From the NCBI GenBank assembly GCA_011109175.1, contig RDEW01000019.1, positions 993,701-1,057,700 of the forward strand: DNA of 64,000 bases, in the 5' to 3' direction. This document shows positions 1 through 13,389 of this stretch, piece after piece. The position numbers and the translations under genes were made by a program. Every line of letters starts with the position of its first letter. Position 1 is the first letter of the stretch. Source of the stretch: Dicyema japonicum (taxonomy: Eukaryota > Animalia > Dicyemida). The notes beneath the pieces are model-generated. The model did not search any database. It was given only the letters and a program-made list of their open reading frames with translations, and had not been told where the DNA came from.

Positions 1-725
1 TCAGCTTTGAGATTTTCTTTTCAGTGTTGTCCAACCACGTACTTTGCGGTTTAACCTTCGCAGTTAAAGCCATATAAACACACTGTGTAGCGTATAGAAT
101 ATCAGTAATTTGATTGATATTTTGAGGCGGATTATCTTTCGTAATAAAATATATTGCAGAATTTAGTCCCGACAAAACATTAACTCTGACATACTTTCTC
201 TGAATTTTGGGTGTTGGTTTTCGAGTATCCCTCGGAATTGACTTAATTTTCTCAATTTGTACTTTTAGTTCCTCAAGGCAATTTCTGAAGGTGGAAATTT
301 CAACATTAGTATTATTTTGCACTTTGAAACATTCGCCTCCTTTTACATTGTTATTCCGATTTTCAGGTTTCAGCATCTTTTTTAGCTGACATAGACTGGA
401 ACTCTTGGAGTACTTTTCATTGAACTTTTTAAGTACGAGGTTCCAGCCACCTCTAGGTATCCTACCAAATCTTTGTTTCGAGGAAAAAAAATCTGAGTTA
501 CCCACTTAGCTTCAGAGACACAGTGACCTCTTCAATAATGGCAGATAGTGGTTTTGGCACCAATACTCCCAATGATGTTGATATTAGTTCTTGTGACATT
601 ATCCAGCCCCACAGACGACGGTCCTGCTTCTACTATACTATCTTCTTTATTTGATTTTGCAGGAAGGCCCATAGGATTCGATTTCTCGGTATGATTAGAA
701 ACGGACATGTCAACACCACAACAAC
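1..725 (-). mobile_element. 5' part of R4-like (RLE) non-LTR retrotransposon, family A
   Basis: Reverse complement aligns closely with 57340-58070. ATG at 708 (MSVSNHTEKSNPMGLPAK...) is preceded by GTTGTTGTGGTGTTGAC. Frameshifted; continues off the window edge. Confidence 0.85.
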
Positions 726-745
726 TATAATATATTTTGTTTCTT

Positions 746-1070
746 AATTATTATTATTATTTAAAGCACTCCCGAGAAGTCATAAAATTAATCAAGCCTC
801 CCTTGTGCCGTATTTCTAGCCATCCTCTCTATCAGCCTTTTCCAGGACCCTCTACTTCGTGCCAGTTCCCTCTCCCGAGAAGTCATAAAATTAATCAAGC
901 CTCCCTTGTGCCGTATTTCTAGCCATCCTCTCTATCAGCCTTTTCCAGGACCCTCTACTTCGTGCCAGTTCCCTTAAGGTATCTAGGTCGTCTGCGGAAG
1001 TGAGCTTCAGTCCCACAGCCGACAGGTCTCCATTCAAAATAGTTGGAGTGTGACTCTTGGTCTTGTTTCT
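746..1070 (-). mobile_element. RTE-clade LINE 3' end with a duplicated ~102-bp segment
   Basis: Minus strand encodes RPRVTLPTILNGDL...DDLDTLRELARSRGSWKRL...TAQGRLD*, then GGAGTGCTTT and a (TAA)n tail. 770-870 is repeated at 873-973. Confidence 0.8.
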
Positions 1071-1149
1071 TAATAATAATTAATTTAAATTTTTTAAAAA
1101 TTATTTAGCACGTTTTTATTAACCTGCGACTGATGGTTTTTGTTTGCCA

Positions 1150-2350
1150 GTAGTTTTACGTTTGAAAACGATGTGCCATATATCTACGTATATTTATAAT
1201 TGCTCATTTGTAGGAAACAAATTATAAATTACGATTTTTTGCAAACGACGAACTAGAGCTAAAACGATTAACTATTGAGGTATATTTAATCTTTAAGTTT
1301 TTAGCCTGAACACAACAACTCCCACATGGGCAGGAACAGACTTTTTAGTATTTTGAAAATCTGTACTACAATGTGACAAAGAAGTTGGAGATATTTTAAA
1401 GCGGTGTTCATTTTGTGTGTCTAAGAGGCTTTTGGAAACAAAACCTCCGATAACACCAATTGTGGCAAAATACCCACGCGACAAATATATAGCAGATCTT
1501 ATCGATTTGCGACGTTATTCTGACAAAAACTTGTGTTATTCATGGGTATTTATTTTCATTAATATTCTGTAGCTTTTGACAGTTGTTGATTGTTTCAGCA
1601 AATTTGGTATGGTCGAAACTCTCTACTCCAAAAATTCAAAGGAAGTAGTTGAAACTTTTCAAAAAAATTTTATAGATATGGCCCCCCGTTATTATTACAC
1701 ACGGATAACGGAAAAGAATTTAAAAATAATTTGATGAGCGACATCTTAATGGAGCTTCGGGTAAAATATGTCTATGGTAGACCGCGTGCACCATGGATAC
1801 AAGGTCAAGTAAAGAGGTAAAAAAGAAATTATAAATTTAGATTTAACCAATCAATAAAAAATTGATTTCCTTTACATCCCCTTCCAGTGGAGAGATTGGG
1901 AGCTATGTTCTTGATTACAACAATTGAATACACGAGACAACTAAACAAATGTCATTCTTCATATTTATGGAATGTAAGTATCCACAGGAAGCAATTNAAG
2001 TAAAGAGGTAAAAAAAGAAATTGTAAATTTAGATTTAACCAATAAATAAATAATGAATTTCCTTTACATCCGCTTCCAGTGGAGAGCTTGGGAGTTATGT
2101 TCTTGATTTAAAAAAAATTGTTTTTGATTACAACAATTGAATACACGAGACAACTAAACAAATGTCATTCTTCATATTTATGGAATGTAAGTATCCACAG
2201 GAAGCAATTCCAAAGGATTTGTCGAATTTTATTTCTTATGAAGTGGATGAAGCAAGGCAAGAGACACGAATATATGCGCAAGTAGCAGCACAAAAGATGA
2301 TTGAAAAAAAGAAGGTGGAGAAAAGACGAAGAAACATTAAAAGTTGGTGA
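1150..2350 (+). pseudogene. Ginger2/KRBA2-like DDE integrase-type transposase with four tiny introns, disrupted
   Basis: After removing GT-AG introns 1188-1213, 1280-1304, 1546-1572 and 1817-1840: H..HMGRNRL...CSFC zinc motif, YIADLIDL, LLTVVDCFSKF, HTDNGKEF, GRPRAPWIQGQVKR. Frameshifts are present and the catalytic E reads K. N-join duplication at 1997. Confidence 0.8.
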
Positions 2351-2393
2351 GAAGGTCCTTAAAAGAGGAGATCATGGCGAAAATTTAGCTCAT

Positions 2394-2560
2394 CGTACAA
2401 TAGCACTGTACGACTGTTATCAGTGTTTAGGGTTTTAAGTGTTATGGTTAATGTTTAGGGTTTATTAGTTAGGAGTCAGTGTTTTTGGTTAGGGTTAGTG
2501 TTTAGCAGTTTGGCTACGATTTAAGGGTTTATGTGTTAGGGTTAGTATTTAGAGTTAAAG
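2394..2560 (+). repeat. Degenerate TTAGGG-rich patch preceded by a small hairpin
   Basis: Exact TTAGGG at 2427, 2455, 2489 and 2536 plus variants. CGTACA-N7-TGTACG at 2394-2412. Confidence 0.6.
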
Positions 2561-2943
2561 TTTCATGTATATGGACAAAAGAACAAGGCTTAAATTTAAT
2601 ATTTTTGGTTAAAGCTATGCTTTTGTTATTTTAGTAGTCATTTAAATAATTAGATTTCATCTATTTTATATTAATAAAATTTATTCTTAGCATGATACTT
2701 TTACTTTGTGACATTTGGTGGTTAATTTTTTAATTTGGATCTCTCAATTTTTGCATTCTACAGAATTTTTAATATCAGAGGTAAACTTATTGGGAATATT
2801 TAAGTTGATTCTGCTATAGAAAATTTTGTAATTTTATTAGCCTCGACCATGGGTGGGCCGAGGCCACGTACGGGCCGTGACATATTAATTTGAAATTATT
2901 AAAAAATAAAATTTAAATAAAGGTTCAGAAGTATTTGCGGATT

Positions 2944-4200
2944 TTAGGCTGAGAACCACTGTCCTAACCAAACAACTTTCTTTTGCATTGGAAAATGATA
3001 GGGTAAGCGGGTTTCCGTACTCCTTACTGATCCGAAGGAATTTGGTTCCGCGACTATGGTTCGTAGCTTTTGTGATATGAGATTAACAATTGATCCAAAA
3101 TGAAGTTCTATCATAAATATTGTTCTCCGGTATATTGAATTGATTATGTGGAGCAAAGTCTTTGATAACGCGAATCTCAATGCTACTGATGGCATAATCC
3201 ACAGCCCGGAAAATAGTTTGCCGGTAAATTGTTGCAACAGTAGCATCCAAATTCAAAGGAGTCCTCTGGACAAGCGCGCGTACAGCATTCAACTTTTGCA
3301 CGCTCTTAGTGATGACTTTCTTCGTATGTGAGTTGAAATTCAACAGCCTGTCGAAAATTAATTCAAGAATTGAAAGAGACCTTGTACAAAACCAATGAAA
3401 ATTCTTGAATCTTCTTTTGAACGACTGAGGTGAAAAGCGTACATATTAATTTTCGGCAGAAATAGTTACTATGTTAGCCATCAACCAATCATAGTGTTCA
3501 CTCTCGCTTGGGAATTGTAACTTTCGTCAATCAATTGCAATTATTAAGTCGTCTGCGTAGGATAATAAAATTTTTGTCCTAGTAATTGATATTTCGTGAA
3601 GGAAAAGATTGAAAAAAGTCGGAGGTTAGCAAAGAACATTGGGTTAATCCGTTAGGTAGTAGTCTTGATTTCTCTTTAAGATACCCGCAGACGACTCTCC
3701 CAAGTCGCCCAGAAAGTTTGCCAACCGCATCTTTAGCTTTGGACAAACTTTCGAATCAAAAATTTTCCCAATAAGAAGCTTCCTTGAGACTGTGTTTAAA
3801 GCCTTGTTTACGTCGATTAATACGATTGTAGTTCGCATGTGTGGTGGCATTAAATCCATCGGCTATGAATTGGGATAATGTGGTTAATTTAATCTGACAA
3901 TAACCTCTGAGACCTGCCTGTCAAAGAATAGTTCTTGGCAAGGTTCATTCTCGGTTTCTTACTTTGATATCCAGTTGTTTAGAGAATTTCTTGAAGCTGA
4001 TCACAGGATAATGTTTCATAGGTTAGGGTGTATATGACAAATGTGTTCTGGAGAAGGTTACCGGTTCCACTTGCATCTTCCAACTCTGATTTAATTTGTT
4101 TTAGTGTTCTCCAAAACTTTTCCCGATGAGACGATTGACCAAATGACACCACCTCTGATTCTGGTGGTCTTTTATGCTCTGGTTAATAATTTTAATAAGT
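2944..4200 (-). mobile_element. Vingi/Ingi-like APE LINE fragment (RT and C-terminal part)
   Basis: IDVNKALNTVSRKLL (RT) and KVITKSVQKLNAVRAL...AVDYA segments, homologous to 6753-7870 and 48800-50070; heavily disrupted. Confidence 0.7.
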
Positions 4201-4325
4201 TCAAAAGAATATAGGTTTATCATCTTATTGTATATAAGAATACTAACTTTAATTATATAATTATTAAAATTAAATTTCTAAAATTTAAAATAAATTACAA
4301 TACAATCGTTGTTGTAGTGTGTCAG

Positions 4326-4670
4326 ATGGAAAAGAAACCAAAGGGAATATTAAAGAAAATAGGAGGATTAAAATCAACAAAAAGCCAAACATTTGATGAA
4401 ATGAATGTACTGGCCACTCTCCATCCACCAGAAAAGGACTATGGACATATGAAAATAGATGAAGCTAAAACTCCATATGAGCCAAGCATTCCAAATGAAA
4501 GTGTGGATTGTCCTGATTATGAGAGTGCCTTATGGGATAGTTTTAATAATAAAGAAGTAAGATCCCCATCACCTAAGAAGGATTACAAACATATGAGTAA
4601 ATTTGAATTGCAACGAAAGTTACACTATGATGAGTTTCATAAAGTTAAATCATTAAAGGATAATAAATAA
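4326..4670 (+). CDS. PPP1R2: Protein phosphatase 1 inhibitor-2 (IPP-2), 114 aa, single exon
   Basis: KGILK (SILK-type), KSQTFDEMNVLATLHP.EKDYGHMKIDEAKTPY (IDEPxTPY-type) and FELQRKLHYDE (HYNE-type) motifs in the correct order; ATG at 4326. Confidence 0.9.
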   Translation: MEKKPKGILKKIGGLKSTKSQTFDEMNVLATLHPPEKDYGHMKIDEAKTPYEPSIPNESVDCPDYESALWDSFNNKEVRSPSPKKDYKHMSKFELQRKLHYDEFHKVKSLKDNK

Positions 4671-4849
4671 TTTATTAGTAATAATTACTTTTTATTTAAT
4701 TATCACGGCTATATCCTAAAGAGGTTAAGTTAACATCATCAGATTTATCCATTCAGAGGGGTCAAAGGAAAAGCACCTCCTATAGTAAGAGAAACTCGGT
4801 ATACTCCGTGTCTCCAAATGGGACTTCAAAATGTTGAGGAGGGCAAAGG

Positions 4850-5900
4850 TAGAGATAAATGAGACAATAATGGTTTATAAGAGGAAACTATACACATGAA
4901 TGTCGGTGTAAGAGAAGGAAAAAAATAATCTGAGTTTATTTTCAGATTGTTCTATCAGCACCTACACGAAAATGGTAATAGTGCACGTTCAGGACACGAA
5001 AATGCTTTCCATATGAGGTAGTATGTGGGAGACTAAACCAGGCAGAGGAAATGTGTGGAAAGTCCCATACAACATCGCTCCTATCTTGCCGGAATCTTGC
5101 GGAATTTCGCATAAATTTTGAGGCGGTAGTGAGACGTCTCCCTGATTGGAAAACGACCGGGGTACATAAAATTTATAATTTCTTTATCAAAAAATGTACT
5201 TAATTGACAACCCAAATGTCGGCCTTAAGTCATCGGCAATATGTCCCCATTGTAAGTCAAGGAGCATGTCGGTTGATCATTTAGCTAGACTACGTGTGGA
5301 GACATAACGAGGTAGTAAGGAGTTTTCATCTTCTACTATGAAATAAGTGTGGTATTCGCCGCACCAGAAAGTTGCGGACTTATGAGGTGCAATCTGTAGT
5401 AGAAAACACCAGGGTCCAAATCAAGGTAGAAAGTTTTATCCGTACCTCGGTGATAGTCAAGCATAATAAACCGAACATTGTGGTACACAATAAGGAGTCT
5501 GGCCAAGTCTTTATGATAGAAGTTAGCATTACGTCTCAGATTTGTTTGCAGACTGTGTAGGTAGTGAAAAAAAGTATGACTTGCTTGCAAAGGGCAGATG
5601 GTTGGTTGCAAGGTCCTCGTTATTCCAATAGTAATGAAGGAGGAAGGAATTGCAACAAAGTACCAAAAGGGTTATCTGAAGCAGTTAGAAATAGATTGGA
5701 AGTTCCAGGCCTATCCGACCTTAGAGAGCCTTACACTCGAGTATAGAAAGCAGAGCCTGGAGATTCGATATGGGCAGGGGGTTCAATTGGACAAGGCGCT
5801 CTCGGAGTTGTTTCAGCAACCAGAATCGAACCTGCCTGAAAAGGCTGGCGAACAGGCAGTTGAGAAACGTTGTTGATTATTAAATATTAAATTTTTTAAG
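4850..5900 (+). mobile_element. R4-like RLE LINE 3' fragment (family C)
   Basis: CPHCK...SVDHLA, HNEVVRSFHLLL, KHNKPNIVVHNK...MIEVSITSQ (zinc knuckle plus PD-(D/E)xK region), frameshifted. Confidence 0.75.
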
Positions 5901-6359
5901 GATAAAAACAAACTTTTTATTATTTTCTCATTTTGAAGACCTCCTCTGGAAAATACATAGTTTTTCCACGTGATAATAAATTCTCAATTGGATTAAAAGA
6001 CGTCGATTAAGGGGTAATGTAACATGAAAATGATGAATACAATCGTTATCAATGATATCGAGTTTTCAATTTCCTCTTCATAACAAAGATTTTTTAGGAA
6101 TTCCAGAAAAATTAGTCATTAATGCAATGACCGACATTAGTCATTGATTCTGGTTCTGATGGCCCCTACAGGAATATAGGTAGATGATCATGAAATAGAT
6201 CTTCCTGGTATTCGTTTTTAGGATACTGAAATCCGACCTCATTGTGAGTTTTAAGATCTTCTTTTATCCAAAAAATATATTTACCCTTATCCCATGTTAA
6301 TGACTATAAAGATACGCTATTGATCGGGAAAGTACCCTATATTCGAAATCTCGGATATA

Positions 6360-6570
6360 ATATTTATTTAACAACCCAAGACCACAGTAAAGCCAAACTA
6401 ATTATCACGTGTCCCCGATGCGTTCCAACAGCGACTTCATCTTTGCCTGGTGTTTCTCCCTCGTCCCCAAGCACGATCGTAAAGGACGGCTGACTGAATT
6501 TACGGAACCGCATTGTGGAGTCTAGTTTCATATGGGTCTCAAGTTGGTCTGGTTTAGTGATCTCCACAAA
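6360..6570 (-). mobile_element. Retroelement 3' end fragment with tail motif
   Basis: Ends GGACAC...ATAATTAGTTTGG...GTGGTCTTGGGTTGTTAAATAAATA, similar to other element tails in the window. Confidence 0.5.
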
Positions 6571-6749
6571 TCCAATGTTTCGTTACTTTAAAAGCCCTCT
6601 TTGCATTTCATTAATCTTTCTCATATTTGTCAAAGATATGTACGGTCCCCAAGAGGTCCATGGATATGAGAAACATGACTCATCTCGTGTCCGCTATCCT
6701 GGTCATCACAGTCTTGTGTATACTCAAGGAGGAACATTTACATGGTTAT

Positions 6750-7870
6750 TTATTAATTATTTTTTAACCCGGGATCACCGAGAAAAAAAACAAAAGTAAA
6801 GTCAACTAGATAGGTGATCCCTGTTCCCGCAATCAAGCATGCCATCCGAAACCTGTGCGTATCCATTGCTCCCACTGTCGAACGGAAATGCTTTCTTTGA
6901 TCCTTGCAGAAGAAACCGATTGGGAAGGGAANTAGATAGGTGATCCCAGTTCCCGCAATCAAACATGCCATCCGAAACCTGTGCGTATCCATTGCTCCCA
7001 ATGTCGAACGGAAATGCTTTCTTTGATCCTTGCAGAAGAAGCCGATTGGGAAGGGAAATTTCTTAGCCAACCGATTTTCTTTTGCGTGGAACAGTGAGAG
7101 GGTTAGTGGGTGTCCATCTTCTTCCCAAATGCAGAGAAATCTGGAACCACATCTACGAGTTGTAGATTCCGTCAGCAGGAAAGGTATTTTTGTTCCACAT
7201 TGTGGTCCCAGCATACGTATTGTTTTCCTTTGCAGTAAGTTTAGTTTTTGGATAGTGGCCTCTGATAACGCAAATCTCCAAGCAGCAGAGGCATATTCCA
7301 CAGATATGGTTCCGGTTTCTTTATTCATATTCGCTGGGGTCTTCTGGATGAAAGCCCTTGTGACATTCAATTTCTGCAGGCCTTTAGTGATGACTTGTTT
7401 GACATGGTAGGTAAAATTAAGCTGCCTGTCGTATGTCACTCCCAAGATTGATGGGTTTTTTGTGACAGGTATCCGAGTATGTCCATGAAGATTTCTGGTT
7501 CTTCTTTGGACTGCCGGTCGGAGGTGAATAGAGTGCATGTTGATTTTGGAGCCGATACTGAGAGACGGTTAGCTATCAACCAATCGTAGATACAATCCAC
7601 TTTCTTCTGTGCCAGTAAGACAGCTTCTGATGTCGAACTGTTTTTTGTTGCAATGATGAAATCGTCAGCACAAGAAAACAGTAGGAAGTTCTTTTCAATG
7701 TCTACTGGCAGGTTGTGGTGGAAAAGGTTGAATAGAGTGGGGGGACAAAGGCGAACCTTGGGACACTCCGTTTGGTAGTAAACGTGATCGTGACCTGAGG
7801 TGGCCACAGATAACTCCCACGTCTTCCAGATAAAAAATTGGCCAACCGTTTTTGAATCAAAGATTTTTCC
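6750..7870 (-). mobile_element. Vingi/Ingi-like APE LINE, 5'-truncated
   Basis: PTLFNLF...FSCADD, LSVSAPKSTCTLF, PSILGVTYDRQLNF motifs. Perfect 9-bp inverted repeat GGGATCACC (6771-6779) / GGTGATCCC (6813-6821) at the 3' end. N-join at 6932. Confidence 0.8.
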
Positions 7871-7963
7871 AATTAAATGTTTCCTGGTTGAATGATTTGA
7901 AGTTTATTTTATGTCTAAAAATATATTATTTTAAATTAAAGACAATAAATTAAATAATTAAAG

Positions 7964-9140
<1,177 letters not shown>

Positions 9141-9321
9141 TGCTATTAAAATTATTATAAAATGTATTTATATTCTTATAAAACGATTCCTAATTTGGAA
9201 ACAATTCATTTTCTCATTAATCGTGGTTTAAACCAATAATAGGACTCATTTTAATTTAAATTATATCACAAAATCCTTATATAATTTATATTATCACAAG
9301 GATAACCCTTATATTATCAAC

Positions 9322-9740
9322 ACATTCTGACTGAACTCTATGACATCGGATCTGAAGGTCGTAGGTTCCAATCCGAAAGATGGCATTTTCAGCGAAGGTC
9401 AATTCTTGTCAAACAGATCCCATCCGTGAAACGACGAGTCCTTCTGGCACGGCACAGTAGTTAAAAGGGATCTTCCTACCTTTCTCCCTGACCAATTCCT
9501 CTGGTGAAAATTGCATTATGAAAACCATTCCAATAAAAAATGAAGTGGTGTCCGCGACAGTATGACGTGAAACAAAAATGGAAGAGGGCGGACCTGGTTC
9601 TCCACCTCTCTTCATAAACGGAAGCCTGTAATGAAATATTGGAAGATGAATGTTCTCCCGTTGGTTCATTCCTTGGATTAGTTAGTTGTGACTGTTTGTG
9701 CAGTGATTACCATTGTAAGCTTGGGGTTAATAATAATAAT
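9322..9740 (+). mobile_element. tRNA(Arg)-derived SINE, copy 1
   Basis: Head GACATCGGATCTGAAGGTCGTAGGTTCCAATCC (B-box-like, 9364-9374). Body aligns over ~400 bp with 11301-11720 (minus). Tail GTAAGCTTGGGGTT(AAT)n. Confidence 0.75.
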
Positions 9741-10199
9741 TCCATAACTAAGAAAGTGTGGTTATTAATAATTTATCTGATTTTTTTAATTTGTGTGGTT
9801 AAGAAATTCTTAGACATGAACCTTAAGGTATTCCATTTCATTTAGACATCTCTGAATTATTTTTCTTAACCATATTAAACAGTCTCCCGTGTTAATGTTT
9901 CATCAAAATCCTCGTTAGTCTTCCAAAAAATTTTATTATTTAATGCAATCTGACACATGAGTATTTTTGGTAAAGAACAAGTTAATTGGCACACAATATA
10001 ACTCGAAAGTGTGCATTTTGTTAGTTTTATTAGTAGATAGGTTCATACTTGGAAACATGACAAAAATCTCCTAACGTTATATTAAATGATCCTTAAAAGG
10101 AATGGCGTTTATCGTTTTCTGACAGTGAGATAAGTGTTCATTTCAGGCTTCGCAATAAGACATCGTACGTCAGGGACGCACTCTCAAGTGTTCTTTTAA

Positions 10200-11280
10200 A
10201 GATAGTTATTTGTGTGCATGGATATTTCCATTCACTTTCAAGTACCCCTTTGAAATTTAGTAAATATCAATCCCATCACACAAGGAATAATATGGACTTG
10301 AATCAATTATCTCCAATTTGTTTACAAGAAAAGTCTACTTTCGTTTCTTTTCCACCTCCAATGTTTGTAAAACGTACTTGGTTAGAATTTCTATAATAGT
10401 TATGTACCCCGATAACTTATCAAAAATCACAATATCTTGCTTATTGTGATGCAAACCGACTGATGTTTTGATTAATGTGTCTTTATCAAACTTTTGTATT
10501 CCCAGCAATCGATTGCACTGTGAGTAATCAACTTTCCGAAATATCTCATATTTGACAAAAGTAAGTGAATACACCTCACAATCTCATTACGCCTACACAT
10601 AATCATGGTTCAGCATACTGCCTCATTAGTGGTTACATATTCTACAGTTCTCATTTTCTTATAATGCTAATACTTCTCTCTATGTCCACAGAACAAGTTT
10701 ATAGAAGATCATAAACATTTCCGACCGAGGGCTTATGTTTCCATGGTGAAACCATATTGAAGACACATTCAAATTTACTTGAGGTTTATAAAGAATCAAA
10801 GAGGCAACTATGAAGGTTTTATACGTTGGTCTTTTTAATTAAAGAATCACTTCGTAGTATGCCACACTCATCTAACAAACCTAGGCATGTACAGCCATTA
10901 TATGTTAACTAACCAAAGATGGATTCGATTCTCCCTCAACATTCTTGTCCTAGCACAACATAGTAATTAAGCAGGGAAATTGCTTGTTCGTTCAATGCTT
11001 GGAATAAATTCCTCACAGTTAGACCTGTTTTGTAAATTCGACATGTTTTCTTTCATTCTTCAACCACAGGTACAAATATATGCTTGGAAGCAAAAACGCA
11101 CACTAATACGTGCTGCAGGCTACACGCTCGTTATTTGCTTTATAACTAGTTCAGAGAGCGTCTAACACTACTCCCATCCCATCTTGTACCCAAGAAACAA
11201 ATTATGGTATACATCCGGGTGACACTCATACAGGTTACTTTAAACCCAGTAAACAACAACGACACCCAAAAGTACCCAAG
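10200..11280 (-). mobile_element. R4-like RLE LINE fragment
   Basis: LTVRNLFQALNEQAISLLNYY, HGNISPRSE and HHNKQDIVIFDK...ITIIE...EVEKKRK motifs; many stops. Confidence 0.65.
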
Positions 11281-11300
11281 CAAACTATATATTTTCAGTC

Positions 11301-11720
11301 ATTTATTTTATTTATTAACCTTATGATTACAATTTTGGTAAGAACAGCATAAACAATCACAACTAATTAATCCAAGTAGGAACCCAGGGGAGAACGTCTC
11401 CATTACAGGCTTCCACTTCTGAAAAGAGGTTGAGAAGTAGGTCTGACCTCTTCAATTTTTGTAGCACTTTTTACCCTCGCGGACATCACTTCAGCATTAA
11501 ACGGGAGAGTTTTCATAATGGAATATCATCACCAATGGATTTGGACAGGGTGAAAGGTAGGATGATCTCTATCAACAACTGTGTCGTGGAGAAGGAATCG
11601 TCACCTGACGGGTGGGATCAATTTGAAAAGAATAAACCTCTGTTGATAAGTCCGTCTTTCGGATTCGAACCTACGCAATCAGATCCGATGTCATCAGACA
11701 TTTCGTTGAGCCAGAATGTC
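11301..11720 (-). mobile_element. tRNA(Arg)-derived SINE, copy 2
   Basis: A-box-like TGGCTCAACG (11714-11705), perfect B box GGTTCGAATCC (11671-11661), TCGGATC anticodon-loop-like segment. Homologous to 9322-9740; tail GGTTAATAAATAAAATAAA. Confidence 0.8.
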
Positions 11721-11999
11721 AGCGCTTATTCATTGGTGAATAATACATGGATTAATGACACAATCTCCCAAAATATTATCCAAAGATTAATTTTTAATTA
11801 AATAATTTAGCAAATCCTGGGGTTTTTCAGTTAGAAAGCCTGGTGATGACACATGTCATCGCACTGTTAATCTCTATAAATGCTCACGTGCTGGTTACTC
11901 TATTCAATTATGAAGAATAACCCCTCCACGAGTACGGATCAGCCATATATTACCCCAAGTGGCAATCATTTCTGACTCAGAGTATCACAAAATTTTGTC

Positions 12000-12310
12000 G
12001 TGTGGCGCCATGTGGTGCTTCGTGGCTAATTGGTTGAAGTTTCTGTTTGTTCGTCTGTTCTTTCTCTCTTCCTATTAGAGTGTCGTCATGTGATCCACCT
12101 GTTTAGGTGGCGCCAAATACCAGCCCGGCACGAAAAAAGATCATTTGCTCTCCCCAACTCTACTGTAGGGGTTTCCACAACTGCAAGTATGAACGTCTTT
12201 TACCCTTTATGTTGATTCCGGATGGACTCTGTTCCTGTAGAAGTGGAAACTGGATACACTTAATTAGTTATTTACTTTAACTTCTTTCTCGGTATATCCG
12301 AGGATAATCA
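12000..12310 (+). mobile_element. Unassigned retroelement 3' end with terminal stem-loop
   Basis: GGATACAC (12252-12259) ... GTATATCC (12292-12299) with loop start TTAATTAGTT as in other tails. Confidence 0.4.
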
Positions 12311-12312
12311 AT

Positions 12313-12465
12313 CTGAAGGAAATCGGGGGGAAATTGGCCCACATTAAGAAAGACGTGCGGGAAGCGGTCTGGCTGAGGCAACGAATTGGGATCGCAGTTG
12401 TCCGCGGAAACGCTTACTCCGTAATGTCAGCAGCCGCTTTCCCCCATAGTTAATAAATAATATTT
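12313..12465 (+). mobile_element. CRE-clade LINE extreme 3' end
   Basis: LKEIGGKLAHIKKDVREAVWLRQRIGIAVVRGNAYSV...* is homologous to the C-terminus of the CRE at 29052; followed by an A-rich tail. Confidence 0.8.
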
Positions 12466-13389
12466 TATTGTTAAATAAATTAATTAATAAAATTTTGTAC
12501 TGCCCATATAGAATTGACAATTCAAGAGTCTATGATTGAGTTCACACTAATGGTGTTGTCTTTAAAATGAGCTTCTGGCATCATAAAAGGAGTCTTCTAA
12601 CTCTGATTTGACTCTAATGAGCTAATCAACGTTAAATTTATTTGCTTTGTGACGTTTTACAATAGATTTCAACAAAAGTAATGCTTTCCTTTTGTTACAT
12701 CTCATTTTTAATGTATTCATCCAGGGGTTTAATGCAGGAGAGAACTTTCACATACTTTTATTTTTAACTGCTATAAAAATGGTCATAGCAATTAGTCTGA
12801 TTATTTTATTTTTTAGATAATAAAGTTCTATTATCATAGATCGATGTCTAATGGAGTCTTTCAGGAATTTTTGGAATAAAGGAATATGACGTTGAAGAAG
12901 GAAAATTAGACGAAACGGTTACGAAACTTTGTCTGTCCCATGACAGTCTTATTCTAATAAAGACAAGATCCTTCCACCAATCGCAGATATTTTAGAATAT
13001 ATTGCATAGAAACACCCTCTAGCCCTCGAAGATATCCTCAAAACAAAGATTGAGAAACACTACCTTAAAGAAACCTTGGAGCTAAAAACATCCTCGTTCT
13101 TTTNCCATGACAGTCTTATTCTAATAAAGACAAGATCCTTCCACCAATCGCAGATATTTTAGAATATATTGCATAGAAACACCCTCTAGCCCTCGAAGAT
13201 ATCCTCAAAACAAAGATTGAGAAACACTACCTTGAAAAAACTTTGGAGCTAAAAACATCCTCGTTCTTTTACAAGATATCCGTAATAACCAAGAAAAGAC
13301 ACATTCTTGAAAGGGATGGCTGACAGACCGAATTTCCATACAGTTATCTAAGGAAATATGGTCTCTGTTATAGAAATGAATTAATGAAA

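Noticed and set aside
207-389. Thrice-repeated 60-aa ORF MGVGFRVSLG... (also 55326, 57675) and other track ORFs such as 25981-26550 and 7030-7410
   Set aside because: These are antisense shadows of retrotransposon ORFs.
1807-2208. Apparent ~190-bp tandem duplication
   Set aside because: The copies meet at a single N (1997): an overlapping-contig or haplotype join artefact.
2838-2965. GC-rich hairpin (CCTCG...CGAGG) and a hAT-like TIR CAGTGGTTCTCA; possible Helitron end or HDV ribozyme
   Set aside because: No partner TIR or TSD found, and no HDV pseudoknot could be built by eye.
6808-7060. Apparent ~125-bp duplication in the LINE 3' end
   Set aside because: Joined at N (6932); scaffolding artefact. 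It also inflates the 261-aa ORF.
11661-11720. Functional tRNA gene
   Set aside because: The acceptor stem cannot be closed and the head continues into a 350-bp body shared with a second copy, so it is a SINE.
12944-13270. Apparent ~160-bp duplication
   Set aside because: Joined at N (13104); artefact.
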